From positions 1-56,556 of the forward strand of contig NW_021833697.1 in assembly GCF_006345805.1 (NCBI RefSeq): a DNA stretch of 56,556 nt, read 5' to 3'. Numbering within the stretch: position 1 is the stretch's first letter; the number at the start of each line of letters is the position of its first letter. Shown here piece after piece: positions 1 to 13,391 of this stretch. The DNA comes from Octopus sinensis (lineage: Eukaryota). Made by a program: the position numbers and the translations under genes. The notes beneath the pieces were generated by a model. It saw only the letters and a list, made by a program, of their open reading frames with translations, searched no databases and was not told where the DNA came from.

Positions 1-619
1 GTGTATGATTGTGTTCAGTCAAGGTACTCCTTCGAGAGAAAGATTTACCACAGATGTTACAATGATATGGCTTCTCACCTGTATGAACACGTTTGTGATT
101 AGTTAGGGAGCTATTATGTGAAAATGATTCACCACAGATATCACAATGATATGGATTTTCCCCTGTATGAACGCGTTTATGATCAGACAAGTGGCTACTA
201 CGAGAGAATGATTTACCACAGATGTCACAATGATATGGTTTTTCTCCAGTATGTGTACGTTTGTGTCTAAACAAGTCATTACTTTGAGAGAATGATTGAC
301 CACAGATATTGCAATGATATGGCTTCTCACCTGTATGAGTACGCCTGTGCATAGTCACATGGCCACTTTCAGAAAATGATTCACCACAGATGTCACAATG
401 ATATGGTTTTTCTCCCGTATGTGTACGTACATGCCTAGTCAAAGAACTACTTTGAGAGAATGATTTACCACAGACATCACAGTGATGTGGTTTCTCACCT
501 GTATCAATGCATTTGTGTTTGGTCAAGACTGTTTCTTCAGTGAATAATTTACCACAGATATCACAGTGATGTTGCCTCTCACCTGAATCAGGTTTGTTTG
601 GTTTTCTTAAATCATTCAT
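1..619 (-). CDS. C2H2 ZNF G1, 5' part (runs off the window)
   Basis: Manual translation from ATG at 619 gives [35 protein letters not shown]..., open to position 1, with about 7 fingers and TGEKPY linkers. It is missing from the ORF track because no stop lies in the window. Confidence 0.85.
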   Translation of the reverse strand, partial: MNDLRKPNKPDSGERQHHCDICGKLFTEETVLTKHKCIDTGEKPHHCDVCGKSFSQSSSLTRHVRTHTGEKPYHCDICGESFSESGHVTMHRRTHTGEKPYHCNICGQSFSQSNDLFRHKRTHTGEKPYHCDICGKSFSRSSHLSDHKRVHTGENPYHCDICGESFSHNSSLTNHKRVHTGEKPYHCNICGKSFSRRSTLTEHNHT

Positions 620-1290
620 TATAAGATAATAATTTCTCATACGTATCACAATGATAATGATTTTTTCATTTCTATGAATATATCTGTGTTCAGTATTTTC
701 AGAGAATAATTTAACACTATGTGTCTTTCGTGTGTGTTCTTGTTTAACATCTAAAATGGCAGATGTAGACTGTTAACACTTTCATAAAGTTATCCAAGCT
801 TAATTAACCAAGCAATCACCTTCACTACATTCGAAACAGTTCAGTTGTGTCAGTATTTTCAGAGAATAATTTAACACTATGTTCTTGCTTAACATCTAAA
901 ATGGCAGATGTAAACAGTTAAAACTTTTGTAAATTTATCCAAGCAATCACCTTTTTTACATTCCAAACAGTGAAGGCAACAAAAAAGTTGCTCTTAATTC
1001 CATCGTAGAAGAAATATTTTCTTATCGTTTGTCGTTGATGCGTTGATGAATGTGCCTTATGAATATATGGCCTTCCATTAATTGATGAAAGTCAATCAAA
1101 ATATCAGAGGCATGTTTAAATGAAGAGATTTCTTTAACGTCAACATGATGTGATATTCTGAAGTAGAAAAAAAGAAGCAGTGAGATAAAGAGAATGATTA
1201 AACAACATAGTAATTCAACATTGCAAATCTTACAACATCAACACTGTCATCCATTTAATGTCTATGTTTTCAGGGGTCAGATTCCATTGA
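620..1290 (-). other. Conserved ZNF 5' cassette of G1 (splice acceptor, 5'UTR, fossil fingers)
   Basis: Polypyrimidine tract plus TTCAG|AATATCAC, with AG at 1159-1158. Internal tandem duplication at about 721-838 and 850-960. Confidence 0.7.
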
Positions 1291-1359
1291 GGCTTTGAAA
1301 CTTTCACAACATTCTGTATATAGATGAAGCGTTTCCACATTTCTCTAAATTCTTACCTG

Positions 1360-1541
1360 TTTTCTTTGGTATGAAACCACCTCAATTCTGGGAAGAGGGT
1401 ATTTTCAAGTTAAAGGAAAGATGGAGACGCATTGTGCAACAAAACGGTTCATATTTGGTTGATTAAAAATGTATTGGCAAGTATTTATTGACCTTTGTCT
1501 TTCCTTCAAAAGTCGGCACGAACTTTCCGGACAACCCAATA
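1360..1541 (+). mobile_element. Mariner 3' end with right TIR
   Basis: 1362-1466 translates FFGMKPPQFWEEGIFKLKERWRRIVQQNGSYLVD*, a mariner transposase C-terminus pattern. It is followed by TIR ...GGCACGAACTTTCCGGACAACCCAA and TA. Confidence 0.8.
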
Positions 1542-1807
1542 CATATGCAATAATACGTTATACTAGCAGAATCGTTCACATGCCGAACAAAATGCATAAC
1601 AGCATTTCGTCCGTCTACACTCTAAAAGTTCAAATCCCATCCAGGTAGAATTTGGCTTTCATCCTTTCGAGGTAAAAACAAACAAGAAACATTAGCGCAC
1701 ATTGTTCCATGGAAGCGACGTCCGATTCTTCCGCCAATTTTCTGAACTCGTGTCTAAAGTACAAAAAATTATTCTCATCAACACTATTATTATTATTATG
1801 ATAGGCT

Positions 1808-2038
1808 AAGGCGGCGAACTGGCAGAAACGTTAGCACGCCGGGCGAAATGCGTAGCCGTATTTCGTCTGCCGTTACGTTCTGGGTTCAAATTCCGCCGAG
1901 GTCGACTTTGCCTTTCATCCTTTCGTGGTCGATAAATTAGTACCAGTTACGCACTGGGATCGATGTAATTGACTTAATCCGTCAGTCTGTCCTTGTTTGT
2001 CCACTCTGTGTTTAGCCCCTTGTGGGTAGTAAAGAAAT
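1808..2038 (+). mobile_element. tRNA-derived SINE (family A) inserted in an (ATT)n run
   Basis: A-box/B-box-like head (TGGCAGAAACGTTAG, GGTTCAAATTCC) and central CCTTTCATCCTTTCG..GTCGATAAATTAGTACC block. About ten copies occur in the window. Confidence 0.8.
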
Positions 2039-2169
2039 ATATTATTATTATTATTATTATTATTATAGCGACCCCGAAACGAAGGAAACTCCTGACTGAA
2101 AATACGGCCGAGGTCGACTTTGCCTTTCATCCCTTTCGGCAAATACTGGGTTCCATATATTCGACTTCG

Positions 2170-3350
2170 TTCTCCCCTCAAACACTGCAGGCCTTGGCAA
2201 AATTTCTAACCTACATCATTACTATTAATATAACCTCTTAAACAACAGGACAACGTTAATTAATATGGTATTCTTCAATCGGTTTCACCTCATTTTACTA
2301 ATTAATCAATTAATTAAACTATTTTACTCTCGTATTACCAATTAATTTCCTTTATATCACATGTAATAGTTGATAATAGGTTTTCCTAAACAACAGATCA
2401 ACATTTCAGTTTGGAAGTTATTAATTAAGACGAGCAAATTATATTTTCTAATTGTTGTCAGGTTCCCGCTTCGAAAAATAATTACTGTAACATCATTATT
2501 ATTAGTAGTAGTAGTATTATCACCTTTACAGCCTTAAAGGAAATCTTTATCAACTTACCGTATTCACAATAAGGAACGAGTCAGTGAAGCAGTAATTAAG
2601 CACCTTAATTAAGAATTTAAAAGAAGCGAGATTGAAGTGTTGTAGAGGTTATTTCCCTTTACATGATTTTCTTTCTTCCAATAGATGGCTCCACTGATTT
2701 TTCTTTGTCCCTTTCTGTCAGGAGCCTCCCTTCAACTTTTTTCAAATTTTCACCTCAATAGACGTCATTGATTGGTTGAAATTGAAGAAAAAAACAGCAA
2801 ATATCTTAGAAACCATAGAATTTTCTCAATAAAGCCAAGAGAAAAATAATTTTTTCAAACACATTCTACCAGTATACGAAGTTTAAAAGTGTTTAGTTAC
2901 GTAGAAATTATTAAAAAAACTGCCGTTCAAACCGAAAAGATCCCAAATTTCCTCCAATTATTTGAATCTAAACATTTTAATTCCTTTTTGTATGATTGTA
3001 TTTAAATTCTCCAGTAGAGCCATCTATTGGAGCATAGCAGAAATACAATCGTGTAAAGGGAAATAACAACACAACACCTCAACCTCGCTTCTTTTAAATT
3101 CTTAATTAAGGTGCTTAATTACTGATTCAGTGACTCGTTGCTTATTTGTGAATACGGTAAGTTGATAAAGATTTCCTTTAAGGCTGTAAAGGTGATACTA
3201 CTACTACTAATAATAATAATAATGATGTGAATAATAGAATTCTGTGAACTTCTCGATGTTACAGTAATTATTTTTCGAAGAGGGAACCTGACAACAATTA
3301 AGAAAATATATTTACTCGTCTTAATTAATAACTTCCAAACTGAAATGATG
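2170..3350. repeat. AT-rich dispersed repeat (family E), two inverted copies
   Basis: About 2400-2697 is the reverse complement of about 3015-3345. The same family recurs at about 16700-17770, 28990-29600, 45900-46040 and 53330-54900. Confidence 0.6.
2745..2943. mobile_element. Half copy of the GGATC-TIR MITE
   Basis: Ends in AAAAACTGCCGTTCAAACCGAAAAGATCC, matching the full copies at 15957 and 52740. Confidence 0.7.
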
Positions 3351-3374
3351 ATTACATACTTTTTTGTTACCAAA

Positions 3375-3730
3375 ATCTTTTCGGGGACTGTGGGATATCG
3401 TAGAATTTCGGGTAAGCTTTGATACTTTCACCTGAACGATCTTCTTTAACGTAAAAAAATAATCGGGTCAAAATAAAGCGTTTGACCCGATTATAAAAAC
3501 AAAAAGAAAATAGGTGTAAAACAACTTGCCTTAAACGAATATGACAAAAAAATGCGCGAAATGGGACTCGGGGGGGGAAAGGCCTCGGAAAATTCACATC
3601 GTGAGTTTCCGAAAGCGTCTGACCCGGGCACAAAAACAAAGAAAAAGAGAAGATAGTGTCTAAACCACAACATGAAAAGATCAATGTAGTCCCAAGTACC
3701 CTGACTTCGTAATGTACCGCGAACCCCTTC
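3375..3730. mobile_element. Fragment of the foldback family with G-rich units
   Basis: Contains one GGTGTAAAACAACTTGC...GGGG..GGCCTCGGAAAATTCACATCG unit, as in 43455-45380. Confidence 0.5.
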
Positions 3731-3959
3731 TTTTTATTAGGAAAATGGGGCGAGAAACCCCTATCCCGGTATCGTTGGAATTATTTTTATTCTCGTTTAA
3801 TGATTTATGGTGACCACCTTATGTGCCACGAAACACTTTTGGGGGTGTCGAGAAAACGGGGTATGGTGTGGGTGGAACCAACGGAAATTTCACCCTCCAA
3901 CCATTTTTCATATATTTTAAAGCTTTCAATGCCTCAATGAACCCCGACCCCTGCAGATA

Positions 3960-4468
3960 TTGACATTAAATGGATGACAGTGTTGATGTTGTAAGATTTG
4001 CAATGTTGAATTACTATGTCGTTTAACGATTCTCTTTATCTCACTGCTTCTTTTTCTATTTCAGAATATCACATCATGTTGACGTTAAAGAAATCTCTCC
4101 ATTCAGATGTGCCTCTGATATTTCTATTGACTTTCATCAATAAAGAAGACCATATATTCATAAGGCACATTCATTAATGCATCAACGACAAACGATAAGA
4201 AAATATTTCTTCTACGATGGAATTGATAGCAACATTCACTTGTCTTCGCTGTTTGGAATGTAGAGAAGGTGATTGCTTGGTTAATTAAGCTTGGATAAAT
4301 TTACAAAAGTTTTAACTGTTTACATCTACCGTTTTAGATATTAAGCAAGAACACACACGAAAGACACATAGTGTTAAATTATTCTCTGAAAATACTGAAC
4401 ACAGATATATTCATAGAAATGAAAAAATCATTATCATTGTGATACATATGAGAAATTAGTATCTTATA
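3960..4468 (+). other. Conserved ZNF 5' cassette of G2
   Basis: TTTCAG|AATATCAC acceptor at 4063-4064. A candidate 58-nt intron GTTAAT...TTTTAG ends at 4337. Confidence 0.7.
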
Positions 4469-5692
<1,224 letters not shown>

Positions 5693-6135
5693 CCGTATGA
5701 ATATCAAAATTATTACAACATACCAATTAATGAATATTTTGTCTGCTAAAAGACAGGGTTTATTCCTCTTCAAGCTTGACATTATCAACTTCAGTTTCTT
5801 GGATGTCAACATGAAATTCATGAATCACAACTTCAATATCATTTATATATCTAAATATATCAACACAGAGATGACTTTGGTTTCTGGAGAGGATTGTGCT
5901 GGATTTTTGAGGAATTTGTTATGTGAGAATAAAGGAATGGGAATAAGGAATAAAAGTTTTGACTGACATTGATTTTGTCTTTGTTGTGTTTTCATCATCA
6001 TCCTCTAACATCCATTTTTAGCATCCGTTTTCTATGCAGGCTTTGATGGGAAAGTGTGATATGAGCTGGCAAGCCAGAGTGCTGCTCCACGTTCCTGTCA
6101 GATTGGGCTTGGTTTCTTTGGCTCTATGCCTTTAA

Positions 6136-6357
6136 CCCTTTCAATACCAACCAAGCTGAAACCTGCTCTGGCTCTGTTGTACAAGTGTCTTGTTATCATA
6201 AATTTTGAATTAAAATCTTCCACGAAACCTCAGTCACAATTTATGTTCCTAACACTAGCTTAACAATAATGAAGTTATTTTACTAAATTCTTTGTTATAT
6301 TTAAAATTAATTGAAAGAAACACAGAGCATCTCAACAGAAATATGGTAATGAAAGGG
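6136..6357. mobile_element. piggyBac-type MITE
   Basis: TTAA|CCCTTTCAATACC...GGTAATGAAAGGG|TTAA. The paralogous flanks of G3 and G5 show the empty single-TTAA site. Confidence 0.85.
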
Positions 6358-6929
6358 TTAAGATACATGGCGCATTTTATAAATATTCCTGTTCAAGAAT
6401 CATAACAGTATCAAACATGTAGTAGCGCTTTCAGTTGTGTATTTAATTTGATATATGTATTTGTGTGAACATGATATCAGTCTGACAACTAAAATAATAG
6501 AAATCTTGTATTTTGAGTATTTTTTTCATATGAGTCAGAAGCATGGACTCCCTTCTACGAAGAAATAGAAAAACTAAAATTTTTTCGCATGTGGTGTTTG
6601 CACCACAACATATGCAGCAAAATGGCAAGATAAGACATTAAATGTAAAATCTTAGTAATATGGACTCATTTGCTTACAGCCAATAATATCTCACCATGAC
6701 CTTGTTGTCAAGTTAACGAACATACTCTACCAAATAAACTCAAGATGAAGAAAGGTGTTGTAAGTCGACTGATCACCAAGTTATGCCACATTTTAAAAGG
6801 CGACAAGTAATTAGATTTGCATCTATACCTGTTATCAGGGAAGTTAAGTTAATTTTTTGGCTCAAAAAGCGAAAAGCAGGGCCATGTAGGGGGACATGGA
6901 GTTATGTACAGGGAGGGTGATCATGCCAT

Positions 6930-7235
6930 TTGTGGTCAACGGAGACTTTGAAACTAGCAGTCGTTGGCAGCTTATTCCACTGATCCGTAACCCGGACGGA
7001 GAAAGCCCCTCTCCTTCAATTGAGATGAAATCATCGCAGATAGAGCTTTTCGGAGTGATCCCGCAGCCGACGCTCTGGAGCAGGAGTGCAAAACAGCTCT
7101 TTTGAGAGTTTACACTTTCTGCTTATGATGTTGTGAGCAAGAATGAGATCACCACGGCGTCGTCGTTTTTCTAGAGAATAAAGGTCGAGCGTCTTCATCC
7201 TTTCTTCATAAGACATGCTTGAGACCAAGAACCAT
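6930..7235 (-). mobile_element. CR1-clade LINE ORF2 C-terminal fragment
   Basis: Translates SYEERMKTLDLYSLEKRRRRGDLILAHNII, then RVTDQWNKLP. Confidence 0.75.
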
Positions 7236-7524
7236 GCGGGTAGCCAGCTTCTGGACTCTTTCGAGATGATGGTGGGTAGAGGGTGATGTGCTAGCAACCC
7301 TCTGTTTTACAAAATAAACAACAACACAAATAACTACGCAGAGGCAGCCATGGTTGGAACAAGAACAGGCATTATTAAAAGAGAAATAGAAGCATGGTCA
7401 TTCCTTACTCAAGTGATTGTATCTTATCGCTCATCACTTGTTATGTGCTTAGGAGAATATTAGATTTATAAAACCTAAAATTCACTCATATAAATCTAAT
7501 ATTCTCCTATCCTTCCTTAATACC

Positions 7525-7735
7525 TATTTCTTTACTACCCACAAGAGGCTAAACACAGAGAGGACAAACAAACAGATTAAGTCGATTATATAGACTGGTA
7601 CTTAATTTATCGACTCCGAAAGGATGAAAGGCAAAGTCGACCTCGGCGGAATTTGAACTCAGAGCCTAACAGCAGACGAAATACTGCCAAGCATTTCGCC
7701 CGGCGTGCTAACGCTTCCGCCAGCTCACCACCTTG
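7525..7735 (-). mobile_element. SINE family A with a 16-bp TSD
   Basis: ATCCTTCCTTAATACC is repeated at 7509-7524 and 7736-7751. Confidence 0.85.
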
Positions 7736-7751
7736 ATCCTTCCTTAATACC

Positions 7752-8160
7752 AGTTCCCATATGCTGCTCATATCTGCACTCGGTCTGCTTAGGAGGTTGT
7801 TGTGTCCTAGAATATGTGTTGCTTCTTTTAGTTTTCTTCTATTCCAGTGGTGTTCTCTGTCTACTATTTTAACTTCATCCCACAGTGGGAGGAGGTCGCC
7901 ATATTTCCATACATAATCAGTTATACCCAATTTATCAATATCTCCCTGTGTCACAGCTTTGCGATGTTCCTCTACCCTTATTTTGAGGGGACGGCATTTT
8001 TGGCTTTTGTATACCCTACCACAGCTGCATGGGATGGAATACATGCAGTTTTTGGCCATATTTTCTTCTGTTGGTAGTTTTACTTGAAGGAGATATTTGC
8101 GAAGTGTTCTGTTACTCTTGAATACTGTCCTGATGTCATGGAATAGCTGTAAACATACTC
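7752..8160 (-). mobile_element. Penelope-like element, GIY-YIG endonuclease C-terminus
   Basis: Translates MYSIPCSCGRVY...PLKIRVEEHRKAV...EHHWNRRKLKEATHI. The reading frame resumes past the SINE insertion at 7508. Confidence 0.8.
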
Positions 8161-8502
8161 TTTTACTTGTTTCAGTCATTTGACTGCGGCCATGCTGGAG
8201 CACCGCATTTAGTCAAGCAAACAGACCCCAGGACTTATTCTTTTTAAGCCTAGTACTTATTCTATCGGTCTCTTTTGCCGAACCGCCAAGTTACGGGGAC
8301 GTAAACACACCAGCATCGGTTGTCAAGCGATGTTGGGGGGACAAACACACACACACACACATATATATATACCAAATCCACTCACAAGGCTTTGGCCGGC
8401 CCGAGGCTATAGTAGAAGACACATGCCCAAGGTGCCATGCAGTGGGACTGAACCTAGAACCATGTGGTTGGTAAGCAAGCTACTTACCACACAGCCACTC
8501 CT
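8161..8502 (-). mobile_element. CORE-like SINE (family B)
   Basis: tRNA-like head GGAGTGGCTGTGTGGTAAG, CORE-like GGCACCTTGGGCA.GTGTCTTC block, and tail GACTGAAACAAGTAAAAG. Confidence 0.8.
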
Positions 8503-8872
8503 GCGCCTATATATATATATCGAATGAAATCCACAACGGAAAGAGCTACTATTCATTTCATACTACAACAATACTTGAACAGGCATATTTATAAAATGCG
8601 CCATGTATGTTAAGGCATACAGCAAAAGAATCCAAGCCAAGTCTGACTGGAACACAGAGCAGCACTTATGTCACACTGTCCTACCCTTACTTGCGAAGAA
8701 AGTGGATGATGATGATGAAGAAAACACAACAAAGACAAAATCAGTGTCACTTAAAAATTTTATTCCTTATTCCCATTCCTTTATTCTCTCATAACAAATT
8801 CCTCAAAAATTCCATACAATCATCTTCAGAAATCAAAGTCATTGCTGTGTTGATATATACATTATATTGAAG

Positions 8873-9321
8873 AAGGCAGCGAGCTGGCAGAAACGTTAGC
8901 ACACCGGGCGAAATGTGTGGCCGTATTTCCTCTGTCGTTACATTCTGAGTTCAAATTCTGCCGAGGTCGACTTTGCCTTTCATCAGTTCAGGGTTGATAA
9001 ATTAAGTACCTATTTCTTTGCTACCCAAACGGAGCTAAACACCGAGAGGACAAACGGATTAAGTCGATTATATCGACCCCAATGCAAAACTGGTCCATAA
9101 TTCATCAACCCCGAAAGGATGAAAGGCAAAGTCGACCTCGGCGGAATTTGAACTCAGAACGTAACGGCAGACAAAATACGGCCATACATTTTGCCCGGCA
9201 TGCTAACGTTTCTGCCAACTTGCCACATTATATTAAGTACCAGTTACGCGCTGGGATCGATGTAATCGACTTAATCCGTTTGTCCCCTCTATGTTTAGCC
9301 CCTTGTGGGTAGTAAAGAAAC
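8873..9321. mobile_element. Nested SINE-in-SINE (family A) in the G3 3' flank
   Basis: A plus-strand copy at 8873-9010 and 9232-9321 is split by a minus-strand copy at about 9011-9225. TAAGTACC flanks the inner copy on both sides. Confidence 0.75.
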
Positions 9322-9480
9322 ACATATAATATATTGAAGTCGTTATTCATAAATTTCATATTGACAGTGATGGAATTGAAGTTGATAACATCAAGCTTAA
9401 CGAGGAAAGAACCCTGTCTTTTAGCAAATAAAATATTCATAATTGTTGTCCCGTTCTAATTGATTTCCATTTTCATAATG

Positions 9481-10776
9481 TTACACTTGTGTATGAATAC
9501 TCACATGTGTATTTAAGTGTCCATTTTGAGAGAAACATTTACCACAGACATCACACTGATATGGTTTCTCTCCTGTATGAATACGTTTGTGACAAGTTAA
9601 GTCACTACTGTGAGAGAATGATTTACCACAGATATCACAATGATATGGTTTCTCTCCTGTATGAATACGTTTGTGATAAGTAAAAGTGCTACTGTTAGAA
9701 AATGATTTACCACAGATGTCACAGTGATATGGTTTTTCCCCAGTATGAATACGTCTGTGATTAGTCAAGTTACTATTCTGAGAGAATGATTTACCACAGA
9801 TATCACACTGATATCCTTTCTCTCCTGTATGTGTAAGTTTGTGTGTAGCCAACCCACCACTTTGAGAGAATGATTTGCCACAGATATTACAATGATATAC
9901 TTTCTCTCCTGTATGTGTAAGTTTGTGTTTAGTCAAGTAACCACTTTGAGAGAAACATTTACCACAAATATCACAATGATATGGCTTCTCTCCTGTATGA
10001 ACACGTTTGTGTTTAGTCAAGTCACTCTTTCCAGAGAAGGATTTACCACAAATATCACAATGATATGGCTTCTCACCTGTATGAACACGTTTGTGAATAA
10101 TCAACTGACTATTATAAGAGTATGATTCACCACAGATGTCACAATGATATGGCTTCTCTCCTGTATGAATGTGTTTGTGACGAGTTAAATCGCCTTTTTG
10201 AGAGAATGATTTATCACAAATATCACAATGATATGGTTTTTCCCCAGTATGAATACGTTTGTGACTAGTCAACTTACTAGCCGACAAAGATATGCCACAG
10301 ATATCACAATGATATGGCTTTCCTCCTGTATGAATACGTTTGTGACAAGTAAAAGTGGTACTGTTAGAAAATGATTTACCACAGATGTCACAGTGATATG
10401 GTTTTTCCCCAGTATGAGTATATTTGTGACTAGTTAAAGAGCTATTATCAGAGAATGATTTACCACAGATATCACACCGATATGGTTTTTCCCCACTATG
10501 AGTAAGTTTGTGTCTAGTCAAATTATTATTTTCAGCGAATGATTTACCACAGATGTTACAATGATATGGCTTCTCACCTATATGAATACGTTTGTGGTGA
10601 GTTATACCATAGACGTCACACAGATATGGTTTTTCCCTAGTATGGATACGTTTATGACTAGTCAAATCATTTTCAGAAAATGATTTACCATGGATATAAG
10701 AGTGATATGGCCTCTCTCCTGCATCAGGGTTGTTTGTTTCAGTTAAATGATTCATTATGAGAGGACAGTTTGTCAT
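9481..10776 (-). CDS. C2H2 ZNF G3, about 13 fingers plus 2 degenerate N-terminal fingers
   Basis: Uninterrupted ORF ending HTQV*. The track start at 10785 is GTG; the first ATG is at 10776 and the family-homologous ATG is at 10755. Confidence 0.85.
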   Translation of the reverse strand: MTNCPLIMNHLTETNNPDAGERPYHSYIHGKSFSENDLTSHKRIHTREKPYLCDVYGITHHKRIHIGEKPYHCNICGKSFAENNNLTRHKLTHSGEKPYRCDICGKSFSDNSSLTSHKYTHTGEKPYHCDICGKSFSNSTTFTCHKRIHTGGKPYHCDICGISLSASKLTSHKRIHTGEKPYHCDICDKSFSQKGDLTRHKHIHTGEKPYHCDICGESYSYNSQLIIHKRVHTGEKPYHCDICGKSFSGKSDLTKHKRVHTGEKPYHCDICGKCFSQSGYLTKHKLTHTGEKVYHCNICGKSFSQSGGLATHKLTHTGEKGYQCDICGKSFSQNSNLTNHRRIHTGEKPYHCDICGKSFSNSSTFTYHKRIHTGEKPYHCDICGKSFSHSSDLTCHKRIHTGEKPYQCDVCGKCFSQNGHLNTHVSIHTQV

Positions 10777-10785
10777 AAATATCAC

Positions 10786-11330
10786 AATGATAGTGTCTAT
10801 TTCATTTCTATGAGAATGTTTGTGTTCAGTTGTGTCACAATTATCAAAGAATAATCTAATGCTGTGTTTCTTTCATCGGTGATTTTACTTAAAATCTAAA
10901 ACAGAAAATGTAAACTGTTAACTCTTTCATAAAGTTATCCGACCATAACCTTTAAAGGAATCATCTCCTCTACATTCCAGATAACGAAGACCAGTAAATG
11001 TTGCTGTTAATTACATTGTCCAGAAGAAATTTTTTCCCATCATTTGTTGAAGATTTCATTTATACAAAGAACTTGATGTATTGATGAATGTGCCTTATGA
11101 ATATATGGTCTTCCTTTAATTGATGAAAGTCAATCAAAATATCAAAGGTACATCTGAATGAAGAAACGTCAACATGAAGTGATATTCTGAAATAGAAAAA
11201 GAAGCAGTGAGATAAAGAGAATCATTAAATGACATAGTAATTCAACATTGCAAATCTTACAACATCAACACTGTCATCCATTTAATATCTACGTTTGCAT
11301 GGGTCAGAATCCATTGAGGCATTGAAACTT
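10786..11330 (-). other. Conserved ZNF 5' cassette of G3
   Basis: TTTCAG|AATATCAC acceptor with AG at 11188-11187. Confidence 0.7.
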
Positions 11331-11429
11331 TTACAACATTCTGTATATAGATGAATCGCTTCCACATTTCTCTAATTATTTATCTGTTTTCTTTCTCTTC
11401 TCTCCTTTCACTTGTTTCACCTGTGAAGT

Positions 11430-11700
11430 GGCATGGCTTAGTGGTTAGGGTATTTCACTCACAATTATAAAGTTGTGAGTTTGATACACAGTGGTGCAAT
11501 GAGTCTCCAAGCCATTTTATTTCACTTTGCATCAGTCCACTCAGGTGTCAAAAATGAGTTTCACCTGTAATTCAAAGGGCCAGTCTTCTCACCATCTGTG
11601 TCATGCTGTGCCTCCCTGAAGACTATATCAAGGGTCCCCATGTCTGTGGAATACTCAGCCATTTGCATGTTAATTCCATGAGCAGGCTTTTCAGTTGATC
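11430..11700 (+). mobile_element. Old tRNA-derived SINE
   Basis: Degenerate head GGCATGGCTTAGTGGTTAGGG...GTTGTGAGTTTGAT and a CAGTCCACTCAGGTG block. Confidence 0.45.
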
Positions 11701-11811
11701 GAATAAACTAAAACAAAGTGTCAGTTACTGTTTCACCAAGTAGACCGTGGCCATGCTGGAGTACTTCTTTGAATGGATCGGTCAAATGTATCAACTCCAG
11801 TATTTTTTTTC

Positions 11812-12165
11812 TTTTACTTGTTTCAGTCATTTGACTGCGGCCATGCTGGAGCACCGCCTTTAATCGAGCAACTCGACCCCGGGACTTATTCTATTGGCCT
11901 CTTTTGCTGAACCGCTAAGTAACGGGGACATAAACACACCAGCATCGGTTGTCAAGCAATGCTAGGGGGACAAACACAAACACACATACATATAAATATA
12001 TATATACGACAGGCTTCTTTCAGTTTCCTTCTACCAAATCCACTCACAAGGCATTGGTCGGCCCGAGGCTATAGCAGAAGACACTTGCCCAAAGTGCCAC
12101 GCAGTGGGACTGAACCCGGAACCATGTGGTTGGTAAACAAGCTACTTACCACACAGCTACTCCTA
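11812..12165 (-). mobile_element. CORE-like SINE (family B)
   Basis: Near-identical to 8161-8502. Further B and C fragments lie at about 12505-12880. Confidence 0.8.
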
Positions 12166-12987
12166 TTCCACCAGTCACATTTGCCCAATCACTTAGTCAC
12201 AAGGATATAAGCAAACTAACGCTCATAGTCAAATGCTTTATGGCTGCAAAGGGGGTCAAACACAGAGACAGATACACACATACACATAATCCCGTAAATG
12301 ATACACTTTCCATGTAGCAAATCCCCTCACAATGCTTTAGTTGGCCCAGGGTTATATTAGAAGACATTTGGTCCAGATACCACATAATAGGGATGAACAC
12401 AAGACCACTTGCTTCAAAAGCAGAAGAGGACCATCATCATTGTCATCGTTTTAACATCTACTTTTCCATGCTTTAATGGAATAATAGATGGAATATATTG
12501 AGGCAGATATTGGGACATAAACACACCAGCATCGGTTGTCAAGCAATGCTAGGGAGACAAACACAGACACACACACATACATCTATGTATATATACGACG
12601 GGCTTCTTTCAGTTTCCATCTACCAAATCCACTCACAAGCTTTGGTCGACCCGAAGCTATAGTAGAAGACACTTGCCCAAGTATATATGTGCTGATGCCA
12701 TGTAAAAAGCACCCACTCCACTCTGTAAAGCGGTTGGCATTAGGAAGGGTTCCCAGCTGTAGAAACCCTGCCAAAGCAGACAGTCATGCTTGATAAAGTC
12801 CTCTGTCTTACCAGCTTCTTTCAACCGATCAAACACACGCTAGCATGGAAGATAACATTAAATGATGATGATGATATATGCAAAACAGTTAACAAGAACC
12901 CCTGCTGAGATGGAGTGATGGTCACAAATTGTATTTGGTACTTGCATATCTATGGTATCCTAAAAGCACTTGAATCCTACAAAGTTG

Positions 12988-13391
12988 GGATCTTTTCGGT
13001 TTGACCGGCAGTTTTTTAAAATAATTTCCACGTAACTAAACACTTTTAAACTTCGTGTACTGGTAGAATGTGTTTATAAAACATCTTTTTGTCTTGGCTT
13101 TATTGAGAAAATTCTATGGTTTCTAAGATATTTGTTGTTGTTTTCTTCAATTTCTGCAATTTCAACCAATCACTGACGTCTATTGAGGGGAAAACATTCT
13201 GTGCCGTATGAATATGTCCCTCGTTTAAGAAACAGATTGGGTTTATTTACATTTGTGAAGAAAAAAAGATACCCTTTCCCCCACCCCTAAAACAGATTGA
13301 AATGCAATAGATCGATACTAGGGTCATAATTATGGGTGACAATTTCATATGACACCGCTAGAAAAAACTGCTGTTTAAACCAAAAAGATGC
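12988..13391. mobile_element. GGATC-TIR MITE (Merlin-like) with an 8-bp TSD
   Basis: TIR GGATCTTTTCGGTTTGA.CGGCAG; CAAAGTTG at 12980-12987 and 13392-13399. Confidence 0.8.

Noticed and set aside
5697-5966. Sense-strand ORF MNILSAKRQG... after each ZNF stop
   Set aside because: It is the exact in-phase antisense of the acidic ORF, and the substitutions look less conservative in this frame, so it is treated as a shadow.
9489-10125. Antisense and alternate-frame ORFs within ZNF genes ([11 protein letters not shown]..., [10 protein letters not shown]...)
   Set aside because: These are predictable shadows of the 84-bp finger repeat, seen in every paralog.
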